This document shows positions 1-12,363 of a DNA stretch of 64,000 bases, piece after piece. The position numbers were made by a program, and so were the translations under genes. How positions within the stretch are numbered: the first letter of the stretch is position 1; each line of letters starts with the position of its first letter. Source of the stretch: Spongospora subterranea f. sp. subterranea (lineage: Eukaryota); assembly GCA_049724395.1 (NCBI GenBank), contig JAUGWO010000097.1, forward strand, positions 62,001 through 126,000, written 5' to 3'. The notes under the pieces are model-generated. The model was not told the origin of the DNA and made no database searches. It worked only from the letters and a program-made list of their open reading frames with translations.

Positions 1-619
1 CAGAGATCGAATGATTGCTGTTTGAAGCGACCACATCAAGGTCATTGAGGCTCTCATTTCCTTCCTCAATTCGCCAACATGTGCGCTCAGCGACAACAGT
101 TCATGGTCTAAATTGTCAAGCGACGTTCGAACTTCGTCATTAGCCACTCTTTTTTCACTTCTGCTGTCTTCAGAGTCAGCACGAGAGCCGTCAATTCTTA
201 AAAACCAAATTACTTCAACGTAGTCTTGCCCCCGCTTTTCTGCATTCGCGTCGAATACGTTTTATTTTTTCCCGCAGGCATCCACGTGCTGGTTATCTGG
301 GAATCCATCAATGGTTTGCCCATCGTTGCTGCCATAGCGGCCATGCTCGTGAACTCCCGTTCCGACTTCATCCGTTTGATACTATTTCAGAGTACAGAAC
401 AATGAGACTAAATTGGTCCGATCGATGTGGCTCTTTACGGGTATCATATACTGTACACACACACACACTCACTAAAGTGCAACAAAACCCAAACGTTATT
501 GGGCGGTTGAGTATCCTATAGATACCTCAACCCACAGACCCAGGTGGTTGCCTGGATATCCTACATTACATAACCAGGCGGTTGACACTGGACTCGGTTG
601 AGTCTACAACACCTCATAC

Positions 620-2950
620 TGAGATATCTTTTTTCTTTCCGGTCGCAGATTCATGCACAAATGTGTTTGTTTGCCGAGAACGAATAGATTCAATCTCTTT
701 GTTAGCCCCCTGTCTCCATTATTGGCCATACTCGGGATCATTAATAGCGGCAGATAACGATGTCGGAATTGTAATAGTAGAAGCAATTATCTTCGAAAGA
801 TGTTGGCAGCTGACTTAACCCTCTAATGCCATGGAGTGCGCCAAAGCCTCATCTACTTCGTGAGTCAAGCAGGATTGCTCGACTCCAGGGAATGGCTAAT
901 AAACAGATTGAATTGGAACCGATTCCAGCGTTGGGTAGAATACGCTATAAAGATCTTTCTGCGTTTGCGTCTGCATCCACGAGTGTCCTGATAATCGTTG
1001 ATGAGGAGATGTCTGTAGTGGGTGCTGGGAGCCCCATTAAACTGGGTGACGATACGGAGGCGAACAATGATCAGAATGGGAAGGAAAGAGCATCCGATGT
1101 CAAAGTGTCCGACATGGAAGGAAGTGACGTTTTCGGCGGTCCAGCAGCTCAGCCATTTCCCTGTCAGCTTGTCAGGACACTTTGACATCGGATGCCCTTT
1201 CCTTCCCATTCTGATCATTGCTGATGGAGCTCGCCTCCGGTTCGTCACCCAGATTAATGGGACTCCCAGCACCCACTACAGACCTCCTCATCAACGATCA
1301 TCAAGACGCAAACGCGAAAAGATGTTTATAGCATATTCCACACAACGCTGGAATTTGAACTGTTGCCCTTTCCATCCATTCTATACCGGAATTATCGACT
1401 GAACTAACGATGGCATGACGACTATCGGACGCCGAATCTTGTTTAGTTCCCAATTGTGATGAGAAGCCGTATCGAATAGGTTGCGTGTTCTCTTTCGTTT
1501 GGACATCAACAGTATCGGTTTCAGAACCATTTGGTGCATCAGTAGTTAACGGTTTTTTCTTTCAAAGTGACTCGGAAACTGATACTCAGGCAGCGGGAAT
1601 CCATCGTCAACATCAACGTAGACATGATAATCGCAGATTTGGCAATAAGACTACGTCTCTGCTGATCACGAACCTTGCGCAGAAGGTCCCATAATCGATA
1701 GCCCTGTCGAGGTTCGCAAATCTAAGAAACGCACATCGTTGAGCTCTGGCATCAAGTCATTTCCTCTTTTGATTCAAGTATTCGCTTCCACAAGTCACAT
1801 TCAAAAGCCCGAAGATGGGATCATTGCGGGTTCCTTTGAACCACATTTCATATGGAGTTTTCCCAATTTTGTCCGGTGACTTCGACGATTCAGTAGATCA
1901 GCTGCCGTATTAACAGAATCTGCTCAGAACATTTCAGGCAGCTGTACATTCATCCTCATCTCCTCAGCTGGAGTGCGAGCTAGAAATGATCCTCTAGTCA
2001 AATTTGCCAAAATACATGCCTCACAGGTCTCTTCTTTCATGCCTTATTTTGAAGATTTAACAAATCGTATGCCATTGGAAGTGTTCTTCAGCAGATCACA
2101 TGGATGTCGCCATGTTGCCTTGCTTCCCGATGGAGCTCGTGCTGGAGAATCTACCAAAACCTGCTCAGGTGGCACGTTTCAAGCTCTGACATGATCTTTG
2201 CAATCATCACATGGAACCGTGTATAGACATCCTCAACAGAAGCTACAGCATTGAATATTGTACATTGATCACCAGGAAACCAGAAAATGTCCTCGTGCAG
2301 TACAGATAATACGTTCTTACCCATGAAGGGAACATGTAAGATGTTGTTCAACCTGTCATTTTTGTCTAATGTGAGTAGGCCTTGACCAAATCTAGCACCT
2401 GTTTGGACGATAATTGCATCACCTAATTTCACTTTCAAGTAAGAATTATATTGATGCATTATTGATAGAGTGATTTTTACATCCACAGTCGATCAATCAG
2501 CACTTGCTACAGCTTTTCACTACACCAGTCGAACCAGAATAACAGATTTAGATTGACATGATTGCCCCATCTTGGGACGCACTTACGAATGTAGGCTATA
2601 GCATCGAGGCAAATAGCACTTTTGCTTTGGACATCTGCAGCATAGTAGTAGTAGAACGCGTTGTCGAGGGAACGGATATCGTTCCGTTCGACTCTTAAGA
2701 CCGTGATTTGTTTTTCATCCTGTCTGTCGGAGGAACCATCAAGTAAATCGCGAGTTCTCGTTTCTCATCAAAATCGCCGTCAGATGTGATGTTTTCCTGA
2801 AGGGCGGTTACCATCAATTGAATCGACTACATGAGAGTAACGGTGATTTCACGCCCCATCAAGTTAATCATCGCCTGGAGAGATCGTTGACAGTGAAATG
2901 TTTTGAGAAACAGCCATAGCAACGTTTACCGCGGCTTCAACCCTTGCCAT
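620..2950 (-). mobile_element. Degenerate Ty1/copia LTR retrotransposon internal region
   Basis: Minus-strand translation gives motifs in copia order with stops and frameshifts: protease *LIDCGCKNH (~2490), VKLGDA..LNNILHVPFMGKNVLSV (ORF 2151-2486), integrase C-terminus LPEMF*ADSVNTAADLLNR..GKTPYEMW (~1850-1950), LDARAQRC..GYRLWD..VISRDVV (~1650-1760), RT start IPTSLSAAINDP..WRQGANKEIESI (~670-770). Boundaries approximate. Confidence 0.8.
922..1354. repeat. Long imperfect inverted repeat (arms ~922-1114 and ~1170-1354, ~55 bp spacer)
   Basis: Arms are reverse complements, e.g. caatgatcagaatgggaaggaaag versus ctttccttcccattctgatcattg. The mirror ORFs 865-1272(-) and 1022-1402(+) share peptide sequence. 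Confidence 0.95.
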
Positions 2951-3008
2951 GGTACTAGGATCTAGGCCTTGCTCATAAGACCCTGAGACAACAGCTTTTC
3001 AGCATTCA

Positions 3009-3577
3009 GTGGATTCCCTGGTCTACAAGGATCTTTAGACTGTTATTATTGGAAATGGGACAAATGTCCCAAAGCAAAGCAGGGACAATTCCAGGCACAT
3101 CGATTTCCCTCGAGGCAGTGGTGGATGGCGAACTCTGGTTTGGCACGTTCATTTCGTAATACCAGGCGCTTTGAACGATAAAGATCAACGTTGCTGCATG
3201 ATCTAGTCAACGGCAAATCCCATTTCTGCCTCACCAAGAGGGTCCGGAATTGACTTCATGAACACATTCCATCTTGTATATTCGTCATCAACAAGAAGTA
3301 TGGCATGGTATATGTGTTGTCATCAACGGTGAAGGTAACTGAATGGGATTTGCCGTTGACTAAATCATGCAGCAACGTTGATCTTTGGGCAACTCGTTCA
3401 AGCACCTGGTACTGTATTCCGAAATGTACATGCGAAAACCAGAGTTAGCCAATCACCACTGCCTCGAGAGAAATCGATGTGCCTTTATGGCCCTTGAATT
3501 GTCCCTGCTTTGCTTAGGACATTTGTCCCATTTCCAATTGTAACAGTCTAACGATCCTTGTAGACCAGGGAATCCAC
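3009..3577. repeat. Long imperfect inverted repeat (arms 3009-3224 and 3342-3577, ~115 bp spacer)
   Basis: gtggattccctggtctacaagga... at 3009 is the reverse complement of ...tccttgtagaccagggaatccac ending at 3577. The match continues to cggcaaatcccatt / aatgggatttgccg. Confidence 0.95.
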
Positions 3578-4088
3578 GACCAACATTGACCCGAATGATC
3601 CTCTCTAAGTCTTCCGGCGTAGGAGCGCGTAAAGACTCGCCAGCAAATCTCCCCACAATTGCTGCAGCGAGCCGGTCAAGGCAAACTGCCGCAGTGCTCT
3701 CTCCCTCCATTCGGATATACTCTGACCACGTGGCCTCTAATGAATGTGGGAGAGCGAGCTGCTTGCAGTAAACTCGGAAACTCTGGATAGGCAATGTAAT
3801 CAGGTGGGGGCAAGTCCCATTCGTCGCACGCATCTGCACCGGTTCCATACGCCATTTGCCGAATCGCCGCGGTGATAATGGACAGATATAATCCGAGTAT
3901 ATGCGGTTCGCACCCAGTGCTCGTCCACGATCCACGTTAGGTTTTCGACCAATTCTCGAGCCTCCATGGCGAGAACCTAATTGCCCTGAGTTAGAAATAA
4001 CATCGTCGGATGAGAAGACAGCATCAATAGCAGCATCGTTCTGATCCTCTTCAAAAAACGACCCTTGCAACCGACGGAGCAGGTCCAT
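3230..4088 (-). mobile_element. PIF/Harbinger transposase pseudogene (Plant_tran-like nuclease)
   Basis: GGSRIGRKPNVDRGR, SEYIRMEGESTA, LRAPTPEDLERI..RGFPGLQGSLDCYNWKWDKCP, and downstream NGKSHSVTFTVD..YTMPY match the Harbinger RGFPGMLGSIDCMHW signature region. Frameshifted. Confidence 0.85.
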
Positions 4089-4316
4089 GAAGACATACGG
4101 GGTCGTTTTAGGGAATAAACCTCGCGGTGTTCAGCTGATCAGGTTCGGATCATTCCCCAAATAAGAGAAAGGCCGCTCGAACATATTTAAGGATAGGGAC
4201 TGTTTGCAGATTTGCGTTGGAGTTGCTCTAAATCAGGGTTTGGAACTTATATGGGACAACCTTAATGGAGAATTTGACTGTAACGGAGGATCCATCCTAT
4301 TGATGACCCCTGTCGC

Positions 4317-4735
4317 AACCCGCTGTCTGTGTAACGCCAGTGTCAACCCGCTGTCTGTGTCACGCCAGTGTCAACCCGCTGTCTGTGTAACGCCAGTGTC
4401 AACCCGCTGTCTGTGTCACGCCAGTGTCAACCCGCTGTCTGTGTAACGCCAGTGTCAACCCGCTGTCTGTGTAACGCCAGTGTCAACCCGCTGTCTGTGT
4501 AACGCCAGTGTCAACCCGTTGTCTGTGTAACGCCAGTGTCAACCCGCTGTCTGTGTAACGCCAGTGTCAACCCGCTGTCTGTGTAACGCCAGTGTCAACC
4601 CGTTGTCTGTGTCACGCCAGTGTCAACCCGCTGTCTGTGTAACGCCAGTGTCAACCCGCTGTCTGTGTAACGCCAGTGTCAACCCGCTGTCTGTGTAACG
4701 CCAGTGTCAACCCGTTGTGTGTGTAACGCCAGTGT
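4317..4735. repeat. Minisatellite, 28-bp unit, ~15 copies
   Basis: Unit gtgtcaacccgctgtctgtgtaacgcca repeats head-to-tail with only a/c and c/t variants and no spacers. Confidence 0.97.
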
Positions 4736-4857
4736 ATCGCAACGATACTGCAACGATACTGTCTCAGGAAACGTGTTAGCGGTTTATTGTTGGGATATAC
4801 AATAAAATCACATAATGAATCCCCATGTTATTGTGGATAATCAGTTTGAATTGCAGT

Positions 4858-5736
4858 TTAATACAATCCCGGGGCGCCATAACCGCCGCTGCCATATCCT
4901 AATCCACCACCATATCCTAACCGACCATATCCCAACCCGCCATATCCCAACCCGCCATATCCACCTCCAGCATATCCCGCTTTTCCAAATCCTCGTCTCC
5001 CGAATTGCGATGCACCATATCCATTGTAGTTTCCCTGGTGGGCGCCCAAGTTAGCGTTCACCAACGCGTTCTTATTGGCGAAACTGTTGGCTTTATCTGC
5101 AGCTGATCTGACCATAGCAGCCTTACTTCCAGCTTTATATGCCGCATTTCGCTTAGCTGCGTTTTCAGCATTTAGGCTTGCAATCTTGTTCAATGCTGCT
5201 GCATTAGACTTGAGCGTCTTTGCCGCCTGGTTCTTGCTAGCGACTGCCTTAGATTCAGCCACCTCTTTAGCCGCATCATTGACAAAGCTATTGGTGATGT
5301 CCGAAGCTTTTTTCGAGAATATATTTAGGTTCTTCGCTCTTGAGAATTTGGCAGTATGAACCTTCTCAGCAGCCGTTTTTTTTGCCCTTGCATTTGCCTC
5401 ATTCAGTGCTGCAGCATTGGCGAATTTATCGTTTTCTGATGTTGCTGCAGCCACGTGTTTTCCTACAATATTCTTGTTTGCTTTGGCGGCCGCCGCGTTT
5501 TTGAACGACCGCCTAGCTGACGCTTTCTTGGCTGCTGCAGCTTGTAGCGCCGCTAACTCGGCGTTGGATAGGACGTTATTATTAGCCAGGGTTCCAGCGG
5601 ATAAACCTCCCTGGTATCCAGCACTCTTGCCATATTTTCCTATGCCAGCCCCATATCCTGCGCCTCCATATGTCGCATCGCTCTTTGCAATTAATATCGC
5701 CAAGACAGCGATGATCATCATTGAAACCTGATTCAT
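4858..5736 (-). CDS. Secreted Gly/Tyr- and Ala/Lys/Asn-rich structural protein (292 aa, intronless)
   Basis: Clean ATG-to-stop ORF with a signal-peptide-like N-terminus (MNQVSMMIIAVLAILIAKSDA), GYG-rich ends, GYGGL repeats and an Ala/Lys-rich helical core. Confidence 0.85.
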   Translation of the reverse strand: MNQVSMMIIAVLAILIAKSDATYGGAGYGAGIGKYGKSAGYQGGLSAGTLANNNVLSNAELAALQAAAAKKASARRSFKNAAAAKANKNIVGKHVAAATSENDKFANAAALNEANARAKKTAAEKVHTAKFSRAKNLNIFSKKASDITNSFVNDAAKEVAESKAVASKNQAAKTLKSNAAALNKIASLNAENAAKRNAAYKAGSKAAMVRSAADKANSFANKNALVNANLGAHQGNYNGYGASQFGRRGFGKAGYAGGGYGGLGYGGLGYGRLGYGGGLGYGSGGYGAPGLY

Positions 5737-6295
5737 CTTGAAAGATTCGCTCTGAAATACTGAATGACACTAACCGCGCTCTGCAAATCGGAATGTTTCT
5801 TTCCGGAGACTTGTTTTGCCACAATTTTCCGCCGATTTCGGCCAACGCCATCGGCTACGGTTTCCTCCGGATGGAACTGGTCACGCTGTCAACGTCCACA
5901 ATATATCTATGGCCTGCGAATTTTTATCCAATTCCTTCGGCCGTTTATCAGGCAAGCTAAAATAATACTCAGAATCTGACAAACTTTGAGGAAAATATTG
6001 ACAACCTCACCAGTCAACCGCATTTGTGCAAATGCCCAGCAAACAACCTCATCTAAATTCACAGCCCTATATTCCCATGGTCGATTATACCGAATGACCA
6101 TTCCATTTCAGAGAAGCTCATTGATCGTAAATGAAGGTTTCGATGAGTTTGTTGAAGTTTGTGATAAATCCAGATACTATGGTGTTGCGCTATGATGAGT
6201 TGACGTCATAACAATATCCCCTTTATTCTCTTCACAGGTCCCAAACCCATATCTGTCGGCAAAGGGTGATCCTCGCCTTCTCGCCTCCAGCGGTT

Positions 6296-7750
6296 ATGCT
6301 CAATGTTAATCTCTTCGATGGGACGATTATCACGACCGACCCAGACCCTGATGCCAAAGCCGGCGATATCGCCAATACGGTGTCAGGTCTATCAGGATCT
6401 GGAACCCAACCCCATTATATATTTATCACCGCCACCGATCACTATGACCTCATCCACGAATGGCAATTAGACCATGATGAAATGGTACAATTAATCATCG
6501 CATTCGAGTGAACTCTTAATAATGAACCTTTAAATCTGATATCTATCAGATGAGCAATGCTCTAGCTCATATATATCGAATATTCTCAAACGTCAAGATC
6601 TGGTGTGGGAAATCAGATCAGGATTATGATATGATTCCCAATCCGGTTCTGGTCCAGGTTGATTTGGTCTGTATTTGCGGAATGACCCGAAACTGATTAG
6701 CTGAATAGGGTTATGTGATGAAGCGATGCTGTAATGGGGAATACAAGGACCGGTGGGTTTCCATTCAGGATTGCAAGGCGGCCGTATTCGGCAGCCATCG
6801 ATCCAGGAGCCCACTTGAGGTGCTCAACCTGTGGACCTGCTCGATTGAGGTCGGCGACAATGATCGAGGAAAGGGGATTTGCGCTCAAAATATCTGGCTC
6901 AAATTAACATTCCGTGTTTTATTTTCAGAGGTTCAGCTGATCCAGTCAAATCGTGTGCACCGATTACGGTTCGAGATCGATCTCTGTTCGGCATCCCAAT
7001 GGGCTGATGAAGTCGCCCGCCATGTACGATATCGCCTGTTGACCAATCGCCATCTGCATCGAGCGGAAGGAATGATGAGCGATAACACCGATGTCGCTGA
7101 GCAAAGGGATGCGCTAGTTGTGTCGTTGCAATCGTTGGCGGGATTGATGAAAGATGTGAGAGATTTTGGGGTTGTTTATTTGGGCTATGGGATTTTATTC
7201 AGATGCTGTGTGGTGATAGTCAGCCGCCTCAGCCGAACTATTACAGTTCGCGTCGGATGAACCGGAATCCTGTACAATGATCCGGTTCATGATAGCGTTG
7301 AATTCATCATTAGGGGCTGTGGAGGTGCAGGGAGATCACCTCACCGATATTTATCATAGGTTTATGGACAAATCCACTGAGGGCGTCCTTCCTTTGCCAA
7401 GGTATGAATTACCAACAGTATTTCAATCATTGACTAACATCCATCAAGTGAACTGCTCGATGAACTTCGTCGATCAAAGGCAGTTGAGTCTGATTTCCAC
7501 GCCTGTTTCATCAGAGTTTTTCGCGTCATATTTCAACGAGTGAATGGCGACATATTCCAAAGGTTTAAGGCAAGCCCCAGGTTCAGACGTTATGTCTTTA
7601 ATGCGGTACGAGAACTCACATTAGCTCAGCACAATTCTGAACGATGCATAGCCACTCAAATTCCGTCTTGATAACTCATTAGCAATGAGACATCGATCAT
7701 GCTATGATCTATTGTCATCAAAAAATACCACGGAATTGATAAAATTTAAT
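6296..7750 (+). CDS. Possible multi-exon hypothetical gene or pseudogene with ubiquitin-like N-terminus
   Basis: MLNVNLFDGTIITTDPDPDAKAGDIANTVS.. resembles the start of a Ubl fold, and several GT-AG intron-like segments follow. The model is not resolved. Confidence 0.25.
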
Positions 7751-7848
7751 GAGAAACTACAGGAGAAGGAATGAGGACGAGTTGTTTATTATTTTTCTTG
7801 TTCCTATTATTTATAAAGGTGAAACCATTTATACATGCATGTTGACAT

Positions 7849-8752
7849 TTACTTATGGGTTGAAGGAAGGGATTTAGTTAAGATTGGTGTCTTGGTTGAA
7901 GGAGAGGATTTGGTGAGGATTGGTTTCTTGGTGGGAGGTGGCGCTGTTGTGATATTGTGGCATTGTTTGATCTGAAGGGACAGGTGTGGGCAAACCGCAC
8001 AGACCGAATCCCATGGCAATCCCTCGTTCACTGATGGGTATTGCTCGATCAGCGATGTGAATGGAATCACACAATCATTGATGATCGGGCACGACGCCTC
8101 GTTCAGGTCCGATAGGGAGAACATCTGTCGAATGCATGGCGACTCCTTTGTCGGGGGAGATCTGGCAAGCCATTTCGGGATTGTCGAGGACCATGTTGAC
8201 GAAGTCTTCTTGACCCAACATCTGATGAGTGATATCGTCTCGAGTACCACATCGTTGAATCACAACAACTACACACCACAAATAGATTAGATGAACCTGT
8301 CTGAGATAACCAGATCTGAAACAAACTGACCGTATCGGAAGAACAATGTGGCGCAGGCGCCATCAGTGCACATTGTGTCGAACACCTGGTTTTGGCCAAT
8401 GATTTAGTCCAATTGTAAATGGGTCATGAAGGAGTCTCCATCACCTCAGTGCCGTTTAGATCTTTATTGGAGTGTGGTAATGAGGCCGCCATCTTCATGC
8501 ATGTTGGCGACGACCGCAACAGACTCGCGTACGACTTGATCGTCTTGTTCAGGCAGACCTTTGCCGCGCCGGTGATCTCAGGGAAATAATCTTTGGTGGA
8601 GTTGGTGCGATTAGCTTGATTGTATAGAGCGCGGATTGCGTTGATAGACCCATATTGATCAACAACGGGAGCCTCTTCGACTTGAAGAAGTGAGCACAGT
8701 GTCCGATCCAAGCTAAACCGGCAATCAATATCGAAAGATATAAACTGGTCAT
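7849..8752 (-). CDS. Putative secreted Cys-rich protein with Thr/Pro/Lys-rich tail (frameshifted in this sequence)
   Basis: Signal-like MTSLYLSILIAGLAWIGHCA at 8752, Cys-rich segments in overlapping frames (8424-8846, 8103-8399, 7849-8250), and a C-terminal repeat PILTKSSPSTKTPILTKSLPST. Confidence 0.45.
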
Positions 8753-9036
8753 CTTGATCGTGGACCAAAGGGAGCAATGTGATCACGACGTGGGATGATG
8801 AAAATGGGACCTTTCTGCTCCAACAGCTGTGACGATAAAACGACATTGAGTTTGGAAAAAGGGCACAGAAAGTGCAGTTGACGGACTGTTGACGGTGGAA
8901 AAGATCAACAGTCAGTCAATGCAGCTCCACTCCGATACGGTCAATCAACAACAGCGCGGATACGACGATTACGATTTTCCCATCTGCTACTAAACACTGC
9001 ACAGACCAGAATTGATTAGCATAGGGTGAATTTATA

Positions 9037-10217
9037 TTATACTTGTGGGGGAGGCGGGGGCGCTTGGAACCCGGGCGGGAATCTCTGAGGGGGCGGGAAC
9101 TGTGGAGGGAAGATTGGCGGTGGGGTACTGTATTGGGGGGCGCCAAAGTTTGGGGGCGGTTGTGAATATCCAACTGGAAACCCGACAGGCGGTGGTGCAA
9201 CAAATCCAGGGGCAAACCTATTACACCTACGTTGAGCGATAGCGATGTTGACATTAACAGAACTACCCAGTTGGAGGAAATGGCATACCAGCCATAAGAC
9301 CTGGCATCCCCGGAATTTGCGGCGGCATCATCATGTTCGTCGTCGACGCAGACGTTCCAGCAGAGAAATGTGAATGGACCCTCGTTGATGATTTTGGTGT
9401 GACAGCTGATCGACTCTTGGCAAGCTGTCGCTCTGCAAGTGTCCCGTGGCGTTCACCGCGGGTTCCTAAATTATTGAAAGTCAGAATTTTGAAAAACATG
9501 TCAGGAACATCAAAGGTGTACCGTCTTTCATGTAAGCATATGAGACATTGATCGGTTTTGAGCATATATATTGGCCATCCATCGCGGCCAGAGCAGCATC
9601 TGAAGCCTGTAATAAACCATCTCAAAAAACAATCACGGACGTTCATCCGATTTTCGACACCTCAAACGACGCGAAGTTGATGAATCCAAATCCTCTTGGT
9701 GCACCGCCATCGTCATTCATGACCTTTGCGTTGAGCACTTGACCGAAAGCGCTAAATGTATTGTACAGAACCTAATTGCCGCGATCAAAATCGATGGAAC
9801 CGGTTGAGTGTAATCTGGTACCTGCTCGTCCACATCGGGATCCAAATTGCCCACAAACAGATTAGCCCCAATATCGAACTCCTCCTTCTCTCTTGATGAA
9901 CGGTTGATTCGAATGGATTGACCGAAAAGTTTGACCATATTCATAACCTTCATGGCATAATCTGCATCCCATTCTGTGCGAAATTCTACGAATGCATAAT
10001 TTTGATGCTGATTTGTGATCTTATCGGTAGGCATGCACACATCAACTATGGCAAAAATGCAGAATCAGAATCAGAATCGTAAAAACGTGGTAATCAGCTG
10101 ACCTAATGGACCACACTGCACGAATAATTCCCATAAAATCTCCTCGCTACACTGCTCTGATAGATTGCCAATCCATAGTGTGGCTGCCTGGTTCCGATCC
10201 TGGGCACGTGCGGCCAT
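9037..10217 (-). CDS. SF3B4: Splicing factor 3B subunit 4 (SAP49/Hsh49)
   Basis: Spliced model with 5 GT-AG introns: [79 protein letters not shown], and a Pro-rich C-terminus. Confidence 0.95.
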
Positions 10218-10649
10218 TCAGCCTATCGGTTATCTGTTTCCAGTGAGCGGCAACAGGGGCGCGAGAATCGATTGCCGAAACCGCTTCGGCAGAGATCGGG
10301 ATGATGATATCACTTGTCGACGCGCGGACTCCGGGTATGATATGGGCATGTGGCGCCACCGCCACCCCTCTAACAGTCTACTGTAGCCATATGTACTATT
10401 CTGTGTACATGATGTCAAAACACACCGCAGACTGACGGAATGGGCCCCACAGTACAAACGGTAATTGACCATATATTTACAGTATATTCACGCCAAATTA
10501 CGAGTTTACCGTACGTCAAAAACAGCAACATAATGTAAGAATCAGTGAATAAAGTGTTTAGCAATATCACAAACCCTGCCGCAAGTCAATTGAAATTTTC
10601 TGTTCGAGGACCATAAACAGACGATTTTCGAGAGCAACAACGCTACTAG

Positions 10650-11700
10650 TTGTTAGTAAGAAGTGAACGAATAAGGGAATGATAACCATGGCGATCCCTC
10701 AATCACGGCCAAGCTGAGGCGGGTCTTGTGAACAGGCAACGTTGGCCTGACACTTGTTGAGCTCGTGTAAGCCGTCACATCATCTGCCGGATACGTCCAC
10801 CTCGCCGCTCTTGTACAGCTTGTCGAACATCGCCTTGTCGTTGTCGGCGTCTTCACATGTTTTGCCAATGGAAAAGAGGCTGTGGCAACGCAAGCCAAAC
10901 CTTGAAGCCGACTTTATCTTGGCCGTATTCTATAACAGGGTCCTTCGCCATCTGAATCGCCACTGATCTTGATGATTTGGCTCGTTTGAGGACTAATTGA
11001 TGTTGTAGCTCGTGATATCGTCGATCTCCCAGGGAAAAAATAGATGCCATGGCGACGATGTTGGCTGAGTGGGCATAGTGACTGGATTTCTTGTCCTTGT
11101 CCTTCGTGTCCTGTTTGTCGTTCTTGCAACGCTTCTCAAAGTCGCCTGTTTTGCCGCATTCCCTGCAATTATTCAGACGTGTTCAACAATGGCCCTTGAC
11201 AAGCCCGTCTCAATTTACAGTTTTTGCAGTTCACTCCTTTTGCCATCATTTAGTTCGCTTGTTCGGAAACGGGCGCCAGGGGTGGGGTTGTTCTTGACGA
11301 ACGACATTGGGAGTTGCTCTATGCTGGCGAACCTCCCTTGGATCCGCAGGTCCATACACAATTGTGACTTGAATTGATTGCTGATATTTGAAGCGGTCGA
11401 TAGACTTGATCCTGTCGTCGGCCCAAAATCAATCTATATCGTTCAGTCGAAGCTTTTTCGAGTCTGTCGTCAATAACGGCTGGACCTCTGCCGCCATGCG
11501 AGCGTAGTTAACCGTTTCGAGGTCTTGATGCGCTTGCTGGAGTTGGTGTCGAGGGGTCACATCTTCAAGTTCATCTGGGGCAAGGGGTTTCGCCCAGTCG
11601 GTGTATGTTTCTTGGCTATGTTGAGTTGTGTTCATGAAGAGCGTGGTCTCCGCTCGAAAAAACACATTCAACTCAAACTCCTATGTGTAGATCTGATTAA
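10650..11700 (-). mobile_element. Degenerate copia-like gag-protease fragment
   Basis: Decayed zinc knuckle CRECGKTGDFEKRC (~11130-11170), protease-like WEIDD, then SLFSIGKTC..AMFDK..GLHEL..ANVA typical of the copia pre-integrase region. Many stops. Confidence 0.6.
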
Positions 11701-12363
11701 GAGACTAAACTATGTCAACATCGTTCATTGTGAACGCCAACGTCCCATATTCTTTGCCTCCTGAAATATAAAATCACGGTGACGGCTAAAACTCTCGGCG
11801 GGTGACGCCTAAATATTTTCTCCTGTTTGAGCGAAGTTTTTGCCGAATAATTGTCATACGAGTTCTTTTATTGGCCGCTGACGCCACAGCTAGTGGAAGT
11901 TTTGAGATTACTGTGGTATGCTTTTCAGGAACAGGACTGACCTATCAAGTCGCTATTAATGATGTAGACCGTGACGAGGAACGGGAATAACAAAGTAAAT
12001 CGATAAGGACGAGGTATGTTAGAATTGCTAATCATCAGACTCTAGATCTAATACTATATTCATCGCCAACTAATACTAAAAACCACCAAGTTCCTAACCG
12101 ATTGATCAATTACATGGAAGAACATGTTGAATACTGACACAATGAAAATTAATGTGCCGATGGGAACCACAACCTAAAAATGGACACCAATAACAAATGG
12201 CGATTGTTTTTACAGTTAAACCAGGAGAACAAAGGTCGGTATTCCAATGAATACCATTGAAAACCTAACTGGAGCTGCTTTCAATAAACGATATTTTGTT
12301 GGGGCACGCTCCATTCACTAATTGGTTCTCCTCACACACTCTTTACCATTGTTGTCATTGACC

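Noticed and set aside
497..613. Short hairpins and a TGTTG start as a copia LTR
   Set aside because: No second LTR, matching CAACA end or clear PPT could be identified in the window.
4317..4735. 28-bp repeat as a CRISPR array
   Set aside because: Units are contiguous with no unique spacers, there are no cas genes, and the context is eukaryotic.
5075..5731. Plus-strand Ala/Leu-rich ORFs
   Set aside because: Antisense shadows of the low-complexity secreted-protein gene.
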